A stretch of 64,000 nt of DNA from the NCBI GenBank assembly GCA_012026655.1, contig JAAILG010001013.1:1-64000 (forward strand). The letters run 5' to 3'. The stretch comes from Hydrolagus affinis (taxonomy: Eukaryota). The notes below the pieces were generated by a model that worked only from the letters and a program-made list of their open reading frames with translations, did not search any database and was not told the origin of the DNA. Numbering within the stretch: the first letter of the stretch is position 1; each line of letters starts with the position of its first letter. A program made the position numbers and the translations under genes. Positions 25,976-36,245 of the stretch are shown here, in pieces.

Positions 25976-26295
25976 CCTTGCATTTGATATCGTGCTTTTC
26001 ACATCTTTTCAAAGCTCTTCACAGAATACACTGTAAAGTGAATTAACTGTATATATTTGTGGGTGAATCGCAGCAGCCAATTGCACACAGCAGTGTCCCA
26101 CACACAGGCGTGGATTGAAATGACCAATTTTATTATTGTGGTTTTTTTGGAGGGATTATTATTAGGTGGGTGGAGTAAGGAAACTTGCCCAAGGTTTGGC
26201 CCTGATCTGCCTGGATTCGAACACAGGTCTCCCCAGCTCGGTCTCCCCAGCTTGCAAGACAAGTGCTCTAACCACTGAGCCACCGGAGCTCCATG
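25943..26295 (-). mobile_element. Full-length young SINE (subfamily with duplicated head insert)
   Basis: (aat)n tail, A-box and B-box GTTCGAATCC on the minus strand, internal gtctccccagct twice. Confidence 0.93.
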
Positions 26296-27138
26296 TAACA
26301 AGGGTTGTAGATTTGTGTATCACACAACCCCCCTCCGGCTAAAACTATTGGTCACAGTAACGAGTGGTGGATTGGTTCACTCGCATTCTGGGGGCAGCTC
26401 AGATCTAATTAAAGCATAATTGTACGCTTCAACTGCGGATTTTCCGGTTGACATTTATTTCAGAAATTCCTAAACTATCGAATATACTTCAGGAATATAC
26501 ATCTAATGGTGCCGCAAGTGAGGGCCCACCCCACCCCATTCCCTGACAGTGTTCTCAATGCTGAGTGTTTGTGTGTGTCAGACTGACTCAATCAGTAACA
26601 CTCTTGGTGTAGAGTCCAAACACACAGTGATTTGGGGCTTCTATACTGTAGGTTTTAGTGGAGTGTTGGGGGAGAGTTGTATTGGCAGGGGTGCCATGCT
26701 TTGGATAAGACATTAATCCCTTCTACATATTCAGAGGGGGTGCAATGATGATCAAATGCACATTTGAAGATCTATTAGATCATTAGTTGAATTTTGAAGG
26801 CAGGGAACAGGGTGGTAAAAAGATAAAGTGATTTTCAAAGAGTCATCTGTGACAGTATGTGCTCAGCTGTAGATTTTATACCAGCAATAAATTAAAGCCT
26901 GAATTCGGATTAGAAAAGCCCCTGGGCAAACTGTGAGCAAATTCCCATAGTGTGCTGAAGCCTGACAGTGTCCTGCAAACAGAATTTCAGTACACACGCA
27001 CAATTTCAGGCAATGTCTGACCTGCCCAACACCTGATCCAGACACTGACCTAAGCTGAATGTGATTCCTCAGGATATATGGTCATCGGTATTTGAGCCGT
27101 ATATTCCATCATCACCAGGGATGCGGGTTACATTTGTA

Positions 27139-27535
27139 ATAATAATCCTTGCGAATGACATAGCACCTTCCACATCAGTAAGCTCTCCCAAAGCACTTCA
27201 CAGGATTTACCGTAAAGTGTAGTGACTGTGTATTTTGTGGCAGTCGATTTGCACACAGCAATGTCCCACAAACAGCCATGGAATGAATGATCAATTTTAT
27301 TTGGGGGATGATTGTTGGCCACAAAACCAATGCAAACTCCCTTCTCTCTTCAAATACTGCCACAGAATCATCAGAGTTGAACAGGCTAATGGAGCCTTGG
27401 TTTAATGTCACGTTTGAAGGACGGCAAATGCACTAATGCCACATTGTTGGAGCTCATAGGTTCAAAGTCTTATCATGGGGTTTGAACCCCAAATCTTCTG
27501 ACTCAGAATCCAAACTGCTACCAAATGAGCCAGGT
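27139..27535 (-). mobile_element. Older Deu-SINE, near full length
   Basis: Head tggctcatttggtagcag..ctgagtcagaagatttggggttcaaacccc, core and tail all present on the minus strand. Confidence 0.75.
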
Positions 27536-27556
27536 TTATACATATAAACTTATACT

Positions 27557-27775
27557 AATAAATAATCCTTGCATTTGATATAGTGTTTTTTTATATCTTA
27601 TCGACGTCCCAAAGCGCTTCACAGAATATACTGTAAAGTGAATTGACTGTATATTTGTGGGTGAATTGCGGCAGCCATATGCACACAGCAGCGTCCCACA
27701 CACAGTCGTGGATTGAAATGACCAATTTTATTATTGTGTTTTTTTTTGGAGGGATCATTATTAGGCGTGTGGAGT
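27557..27775 (-). mobile_element. Young SINE, 5'-truncated
   Basis: Near-identical to 62230-62450. Confidence 0.92.
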
Positions 27776-28349
27776 CTTTGTCTATCTTAGTTGCTGTAGA
27801 TATTAAAATGGTTAAAGCTACGTGGGACATGGAGTGTGTAAGCACACATGGATTTTTCCTACAGGACAAGCATAAAATTTGGAAGAAAAAAACGTGGTGA
27901 AGCATTGAAAATAGGATTGGACATTTACATTGGCATTTTATTTAATATGAAAGTCGTCTCCATTTCAAAATAGGCCAATAACTATTTTACTCAAACCTAT
28001 CTCGATGCCTAATTTGTTCAATGCTCTGAGTTCCATATTCCCTGTGAGTGATTTAATGCACGGATGGAACCACAGTCTACATCTGTGCAGTCGTTGGTTG
28101 CCACAGCCTCCAGGAATCAAGCATCTCTGGAACATTTGCTGCTGTTGAGAAGAGCCCCCATGAAACTGATAGAAAAGTCTCCAACCATGACCAGAACAGG
28201 CGTGACCTGATTCAATAATGCCAAGAATACAACCCACAGGAGTCAGTAACACGCGAAGTGAGCGTTGCTGTCATCTTCAATATCTTTAGTTACTGATAAC
28301 TCAATTCCTATAATCTGTCTGTATTTCATAACACAGATACTTTGTTTAT

Positions 28350-28685
28350 TCACACTCCAATGCATTGTTGTGGATGTGCTGTATTGTTGCAGATGTCCCT
28401 CTTTGGATGGGATGTTAACCTGAAGTCCTCTCTGTCTGGTGGATGTTTAAGATCCCACGGAAGTATTCGAAAAGAGAAGGGAGTTTCTCTCGATGTCCTG
28501 GTTAAGAATTCCCCAAATGAAAACAATTGTAGACTTCATGGTTATTTACTAGACATTGAAGAGATCAAATTCACTGGTGCATTCAACTTCAAAACACAGT
28601 CACTACACTTTACATTATAACCTGTGAAGCACTTTGAGATGCCCTAACAATGTGATAAACACTATATCAAACGCAAGCCTTGGTA
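28350..28685 (+). mobile_element. Older Deu-SINE
   Basis: ggtggatgtttaagatcccacgg core and tail ctgtgaagcactttgagatg..ctatatcaaacgcaag. Confidence 0.7.
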
Positions 28686-28944
28686 TATCATATCACATTG
28701 CTAACTCCTAGATTCAGGACAATAGAAGCTGAATCAAGGTATGTATATATTTGTTCAAATGCCCTCAATGTCCTCAATGCTTTTTTGGTGAAGTGCATGT
28801 CTGAGACACGAGGAAACCCATCACCATGCTTATCAAACTGAGAGCTCCGTGCATCCCACCTAAAGAAGGAAATCAATGCTATAAACTCACAACCTCCTGA
28901 CTGAGGTGAGAGTGCTACCACCAAGCTGCTTGATGATTGTAAAT

Positions 28945-29250
28945 GTTGGAATCCAGGCAGGTCAGGGCCAAACCTCGGGCAAGTTTCCTTACTCCACACG
29001 CCTAATAATAATCCCTCCAAAAAAACCACAATAATAATTATTGGTCATTTTCAATTGACGACTGTTTGTGGGGACACTGCTGTGCACAATTGGCTGCCAT
29101 GTTTGCCCACAAATATACAGTCAATTCACATTACAGTATATCCTGTGAAGCACTTTGAGACGTCGATAAGATGTGAAAAGCGCTATATCAAATGCAAGGA
29201 TTATTATTATTATTATTGTTATTGTTATTGTTATTATGATTATTATTATT
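28945..29250 (+). mobile_element. Young SINE with an expanded TTA/TTG tail
   Basis: gaatccaggcaggtcagggccaaacc through a tail microsatellite at 29200-29250. Confidence 0.9.
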
Positions 29251-29449
29251 AACCTTGCTGGAATGTGACACAGTGGGAGAACACAAGGTAAGTTTTATGA
29301 TCCTCCATTTGCTGAGTTCCGATCTCAATGATGCTATTGAACAGAAGTATTGGAGGAGACTGTACAGAACTCTGTGCAGGAGAGATTGTACAGAACTTAA
29401 AAATATTCCTAAATTCAGTTTTATTTTGAATTATTTTGTCTGTTTGTGT

Positions 29450-31000
29450 TTATCCGAAGCCCCCTCCTTCTTCTCATTGATGTGCTGCCTCTCAGTGATG
29501 AAAGCCATACACATGGGCCCACGTACCTCTGGGGTACACTTCCACATGTATGCAGATGACACCCAAATCTAACTTTCCTCCTCTAGGCCTGGCCCCAGGT
29601 CCACCAATCTTCTGTCTACTTACTGTCAGATATCATGGCCTGGATGAGCACCAATTCTCTGCATTTGAATGGTGATAAGACAGAAGCCATATTCTTGGTT
29701 CCTGTCACACATCTTCTCATCTGCAGCTCTGAACTCCTCAACCTCCCCAGCCTAACCTACAGAATTACTGAACTGTGTACAACTCTATCCCACATTTGGT
29801 CCTTGACCAGAACCACTTTGCTCTAAGTCTGCTACATCACTTGCCTATGAGTACACATCACACCAAACACAGGTAAATCCCTTATCCATACATTTGCCAC
29901 CCCCTGTCTCGGATTTTACAATGCTACCCTTGCCAGACTCCACAGTTCCACCCTTCAGAAAATGCAATGAATTAAAAACTCTACCTCCTGTATCCTCACC
30001 TGAACCAAACTCTGCATCTTCATCACTCCGGTCTTTGCCAGAGTCCAATTGAGATCAATTTCAAATCTTGAAACTCATACACAAATCACTTTATGTCCTG
30101 GTACCTCCCAGGCTTTCTGTGCTGCCGACAGCCTCTCCTCTAATGGCTCCTTTTGTGCAGTTGGCTCCAACTTCTGAAAGTTATTTGTACCCTCCGCTCC
30201 ACTATCGGAGGTTGAGGAAGAGAGTTCCACTCCACTATTGGAGGTTGTGGTTTTAGCCACTGTGCCTCGAAAATCTGGAACTCTCTTCCTCAATCTGTCC
30301 CTCTTGACTTCTGCTTACTAACTGTGGTCACCTCCCTGCTGTTTCTGGCTCAGTGTCAACCACTGATCAGCCCTCTGAGATGCTACCCCACGGGAAGGGT
30401 GCTATGTAAATCCAAGTTCTTTTTGTTTCCTTTTCTATCTCTGATACACAGGTAGAAAACAGATTCCAAGTGAAGATTGAATTTAATAATTTTTCCAAAA
30501 TAAAATTTTAAGACATCGGTCTTAAGGCTAAGTGAACTTTAGAGTCTCAGATACTTTCTCAAACAGTAAAAGCAATTCTCCTGTCCTGACCATCTGTATG
30601 CCCTAGTAGCTTTAGGATGCTATTCTCACAGATACTAAACTCGATATCACACCAGGTGCTCACCAGGTTCCATTGGTTCTTTATGACAGAACAAATCAAT
30701 TTCCAGATCCTCTCATTCGTTTACAAATCCACTCTTGTCCTGGCTTCTCACGACCTTTCGGACCTGGGTTCTCCCAACTTCACTACCCACTGCAGCCACT
30801 CGGTTGGCGCTAGCCTCCTGCTTCTCCCCCACATCCCTTCCACTGAAGCTTTGGAACTTTCAAATATTCTTGTATTTTATCCTTGGTTATACACTATTTA
30901 ATTATGGATATGGTATGTAATCCATAATCCTCGACCTTTCAGCAGCTTGGGATGTCCTCCCAATGTGAAAGTCGCTTTACAAATGTAATTTTGTATAGTA
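29450..31000 (+). mobile_element. Two consecutive old L2 fragments (RT YADD motif to 3' end at about 30425; second copy about 30610-31000)
   Basis: GVHFHMYADDTQI and WMSTNSLHLNGDKTEAI peptides; two L2 tails. Confidence 0.85.
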
Positions 31001-31507
31001 TAAGTTTAAATTTGTGGGACGCAATTGCAAGGTTGTTTTTGTTTCCAAATCATTGCAAAATATATACAGTATTGCAGATATATATACTGTGCCAAGCAAA
31101 AAAAACATAATATTTTTAAATAAATCAAAGAAGCCCCATTGGGGCCTGTGCTTCCATTACTTTTGATTCCAGTGACATATTTTGTGCAAAACACAGAGCT
31201 CACAAACTCAGATTCCTCCAGGAGTTTCAGTTCTGCGTTTCATCAAGAAATGGGGATTCAATAAAAAAAAGATTCCTTCACCTCAGCTGCCCTTATTTGG
31301 CTCCCAAGAGTCAAACTGTGACCCGCACAGTGAGAGTCAGCTACATGTCTGGGATTCAACAATATGAGAAAATCTTAGTATTTTTAGACTGCCAGTGTCT
31401 CATGAAATATAATAACAATAATAATGCTGACATTTGGTATAGTGCCTTTTACATCAGGAGGATGATTCAGAGCACTGAACAGGGTATACTAGAGAAAGTG
31501 TAGTGAT

Positions 31508-31825
31508 TACAACAACAACAAAATTACGTTCATAGAGCGTCTTTCACTTCGGGAGGACGTCCCAAGGCGCTGAACAGTTAGGTCGGGACCCGAGCAAGGT
31601 GGGGGGTAGGGGGGAGGTTGGGGATAGTGGGGAGGAGAGTAGAAGAGAAGGGAGAGTTAGGAGGGGAGAAGTCTTGAATGAGGAGAGGGAGGACGCCAGG
31701 CAAAGGGATTGTGGGATGGAGTTCCAGAGCGTGGGGGCAGAGAGGCTGAAAGCCTGGCCACCGATGGTAGGGCGGGTCGGGCGGGGGACATGGAGCAGGC
31801 CTGAGTCTGCTGAACAAGTTGTTAG
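31508..31825 (-). mobile_element. L2 LINE 3' end
   Basis: (caa)n tail; TIGGQAFSLSAPTLWNSIPQSL. Confidence 0.9.
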
Positions 31826-32724
31826 GGATACGCATTTTATATTCAGCCTGTTTGTGCGCAACAGTACCTTACTGAAGCCAGGAAGTCTTAAAATATTGCA
31901 GATCCTGATGGTAATTTACAAAAGCCAAAGTAGTAGCCGGACACCTGTGGCTTCAATCCCAGTGACATTGCAAGTTCTCGCGGAAACCTGGGGGGAAAAT
32001 TCCACTGGTTTCCAGATTGACTCATTTCACGTACTTTTAAAAATAAAAAAAATTCAGAATTATGCCGGATTTGGCAAATTGTTGAATTCAGTGTTGACTT
32101 TGATGGTGGATTTCCACAGCTTCTAATAAAGAATGTACAGAAAAGCTTCTTTAAAAGTTTGCTGTGTTCAAAAATTTGCCATTTTCTGCACAACCTGAAA
32201 TGTTAAGAAAATGAAGTAAATCCACAGGTAGGGGAAGAGAATATATTGACTGCAACACTAAGAAAAACTGCAAGAAGACTGCATTATGTAACCCACTTCC
32301 ATTACTGTCCTTGATGTCTCAGCCAAATGAATAGTGTGAAGAGGGAGACTGCTGTAGCAATCTGTCGATATATAAATAGAACAGAGATAGCGTATGAATT
32401 ATTCCAAAAATCTCAGTATCATACATTGTTGAATATGCACCAAAGATAGAAATTTACAAAAAGAGAACAGATATACTTGAATGTATACTGAATATGCATA
32501 ATTGACAGCTTTGCTGCTCTTTTTTGCTTTAAATGCAACAAAAGCGCTCTTTCAGCAACAGTATTGCACATTTTAAATTGAGATTGGCTGTGAATTTCAG
32601 TCTCTCTGAAGTCCAGCTCAGGTCCTAAATGGCTCTAATTCCTGTGCAGAATGGAAGAGCTTCGATGTTGTACACAGTGCCTTTTCAATGCCAGATTCCT
32701 CTAAGCAAACGAAACACAGAAATA

Positions 32725-33610
32725 ACAATTATATAGCGCCCGGCATTTATATAGCGTCCTTCATACATTACAGCGTTTCTGAGCACTTCACAGTGGTGGA
32801 GGATGAGGCTGAGCGGGAAAGCGGGAGGTAACCACAAATATGGTCAAAGAGGAAGTTCTTCAGCATGACTTGAAAATAGGGAAGGAGGGGCAAAGCAAAG
32901 AGATAAACAGAGAGTGTTACAGATGTTTGAGGCTGAAAGCCCAGTCATCAATGATGGAATGGAGGGCATGAGGGACAGGCAGGAGGCCAGAGCCAGGCGA
33001 GTGGAAGCAATGGGTAGTGGAGTGGGGAGTAAGCAGGTCGGAGAGGTTTGAAGATGGGTTTCAGAATCTTGAAATTGATTTGTTTGGTAATAGAGATCCA
33101 GTGGATTAAACTGCTTCATCAAACACATAATAGGGATCCAGTGGAGCCCGACTAGAACTGGCCATCCACGGCCTTGCCCCCTCCTACCTCTCTGATCTGC
33201 TGACCCCTTATCAACCTCTCCCTCCATTCAGCCGGCTCCAGCCTGCTCCATGTCTCCCACCCCACCAACCCTACAATCGGTGGCCGGGCTTTCATCCTCT
33301 CTGCTCCCACACATTGGAACTCCATCCCTAAATCCCTTTGCCTTGCTCCCTCCCTTGCCTCCTCCAATGCCAGTCTCAAGACCCTCCTCTTCGACCTGCC
33401 CACCCCACCCCAGCTCCTGACTGTTCAGCCGATGACGTCCTCCCGATGTGAAAGGTGCTCTACAAATGCAGCTTTGTTGTTGTTGTTGTTGTTGTAAAAT
33501 GGGGCATTCAATGTTTAGTACAGGTGAGTATGCGGGCAGCAGAGTTTGGAGATTTTGTGGATAGTGGAGCTGGGGAGACCGGGGGAGAGGGCGTAGCAGT
33601 GACTAACCCT
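32725..33610. mobile_element. Minus-strand L2 containing an inverted plus-strand L2 3' end (about 33162-33495)
   Basis: Minus L2 sequence at 32725-33160 resumes at about 33515; the inner copy ends in (ttg)n at 33495. Confidence 0.8.
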
Positions 33611-34512
33611 ATTCAGTAGAAAAACCTTACTCCAGTCTTCTAGGTCCACATGTAGTTATTCAGTCTGCTAACTTACAAAAATAGATCTGCTTTCTTCATC
33701 CAAGTCATTAAGAAGACTTTAAATAATTACGAATTGTCAGCACTTGCGTGTTAATGCTGAGAGTGGTTTATTCTCTCATTCCTCTAATCCTGATTCCTAC
33801 TCATATTCCCTTCTAGCACTTTTCCCCAGGATGGATGAAGTGATTTTCCAGCTTTGTCAAATGCTCGTACAGAACCGTCTGTAACCCCAGTTCTCTTTAG
33901 ATATAACAGTGCCGCAGACTAAGAAAATCTCATTTTGTTTCTCTCACCTTCTTCCAGGAAAATTAAGGCAGAAAAAAGCTTGTATTGGTTCTGTTTGATT
34001 GGAATGGTGTCCAATACAGTTGAACCTGTCATCGGGTCAGTTCTATGATGAACTTGCTGGTGGTGATGTTGAAAATGAAAGAACCTACATCTGTTCAATT
34101 GCAAGCAGATGTACCGTACTCTAGGGCAACACAAGTGAGGAACAAGTGCGTGAAACGTGTACTCAAAGCTGGTTTCAAACATGGTAAACCTAGAAGTGTA
34201 CAGAATAGTTAAGCAATCCACATGTAGTCATCTCATTTCTCCGAGAGTTTTAACTTTTACAATCCTGCGTTTTCTTCCCCTGACTCCTGAATGCATTTCA
34301 CTCCATTCCCGTTTGACTCATGTACAGCCATAGATTCATGTTCCCTCTTCCCCAAGTATGTATTTAGCCTCATGTGTGAGGCCTGGCAGTGAATTCAGAC
34401 CAACTGTTTGATTGCTTACGGCATTGCAGTCAAACCCAATCTTGCCCTCACCCAAAATCAATATATATATATATATCAATACTTATGCATTGCTGAGACT
34501 TGTAGCTCAAAA

Positions 34513-35665
34513 GCAACAACTTTGATTTATATAGTGCCCTTCACGCCGGACGGAGTCTCAGAGCTCTTCACAGTAACGGATCCCGGGCCCGAGCCAGGGG
34601 GAGGGGGAAAAAGGTGGCTGAAGGAATGGTCGTAAAGGAAGGTCTTCAGCTGAGACCTGTAACTAGGAAGAGAGGGGACGAGGTGAAGGGAGTTCCAGAG
34701 CCTCGGGGCGCAGTGACTGAAGGCACAGCCGCCGATAGTGGAGCGGAAGATTCGGGGGGACATGGAGGAGGCCAGAACTGGAGGAGCGAGAGAACAAGGG
34801 TGAGGATCTTGAAATCGATCCTCTCCAGGACAGGGAACCAGTGAAGTCTGGCAAGGACTGGGGTGATCAGGGAGCGAAGTTTAGTGCAGGTGAGAACGTG
34901 GGCGGCAGAGTTCTGAATGAGCTGGATTTTGTGGATTGTGGTGGAGGGGAGACCGGCGAGGAGGGCGTTGCAATAGTCCAGCCGATAGGTGACAAAGGCG
35001 TGGACCAAGGTTTCAGTGGCTTTTGAGGTGAGGTATTGCCGGAGACGGGGGATTCGTCGGAGGTGTTAGAAGGCGGTGCTGGTGAGGGACCGGATATGGG
35101 GGAGGAAGGACAGTTGGGGGTTGAACCTGATGCCAAGGTTGTGCACAGGTTCAGAGAGTTTTAGGGGACAGGCTGGGAAGGTGGAGGAGGTGAGAGCCAT
35201 GCGAATGGAGACGTTGACGAGAGCCAAGGAGTATGGCCTCCATCTTGTCCACATTCAGCTGCAAGAAGTTTGCGCTCATCCAGCCCCTGATGTGTGACAG
35301 GCTGACAAAACATCAGGGGACTGGGGGTTACAAAGTGAAGTGGAGAAATAGAGTTGGGTGTCATCTGCGTAAATGTGGAAGTGTGCCCCATGTCTGTGGA
35401 TGACATCCCCAAGAGGGAGTGTGTAGATGAGGAAGAGGAGGGGGCCAAGGATGGATCCCTGGGGTACCCCACAGGTAACTGGGTGAGAGCGGGAGGAAAA
35501 GCCGTTTGTGGAGATGTGCTGCTGGTGGTTTGTGAGGTAGGGACTCGAACCAGGCGAGTGCGGTCCCACTGAGGTGGATGGCGGAGGACAGGCAGTGGGG
35601 GAGGATGGTCTGGTCGACTGTGTCGAACGCGGCTGAGAGGTCCAGGAGGATAAGGAGGCAGAGGC
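34513..35665 (-). mobile_element. L2 LINE, best-preserved copy (RT core to 3' end, frameshifted)
   Basis: LLILLDLSAAFDTVD, GVPQGSILGPLLFLIY, HIYADDTQLY, VHAFVTYRLDYCNALLAGLP, LHWFPVLERIDFKIL, AFSHCAPRLWNSL. Confidence 0.95.
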
Positions 35666-35934
35666 AGTATATTCTGTGAAGCACTTTGAGACGTCTAGAA
35701 GATGTGAAAAGCGCTATATCAAATGCAAATGCATTATTATTGTTGATGGTACTGCTGTATAGAGATGCACATTGCTGTTGTTGGTGTTGATTCCAGGCTT
35801 GTGCTGAGTTGCTGATCACAGCCACGGTCACAGTCTGGGACTGACAATTGGCCTCAGTGCCTAGATTGGAGGAGTCCACAAGTTACCATGGTTTACAGCT
35901 CTCAACTGGCAACGAGAAACTCCTTCTGGAGAAG

Positions 35935-36245
35935 AATAACAATAATAATAATCCTTGCATTTGATATAGCAGCTTTTCACGTCTTCTAGACATCTCCAAG
36001 CGCTTCACAGAATATACTGTAAAGTGAAGTGATTTTACGTTTGTGGACGAAACGCGGCAGCCAATTGCGCACAGCAATTGTATTCCACAAACAGTCGTGG
36101 AATTGAAAAGAACAATTTATTTTGAGGGTTTTTTATCAGGTGTGTGGAGTAAGGAAACTTGCCCACGGTTTCACCCTGCCTGGTATGGAACCCAGGTCTC
36201 TCACGTTTAAGGCAAGTGCTCTAAACCACTGAGCTACAGGACTTC
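35935..36245 (-). mobile_element. Full-length young SINE
   Basis: Tail aataataatccttgcatttg through head accactgagctacaggact. Confidence 0.9.

Noticed and set aside
29274-29293. Perfect donor AAG|GTAAGT
   Set aside because: No good upstream acceptor; it lies just after a SINE tail.
31599-32126. Longest ORF in the track (175 aa)
   Set aside because: Antisense reading of an L2 3' end running into AT-rich flank; no protein motif.
35361-35879. 172-aa ORF containing LLDLSAAFDTVD
   Set aside because: Chimeric read-through of old repeat, antisense SINE tail and frameshifted L2 RT.
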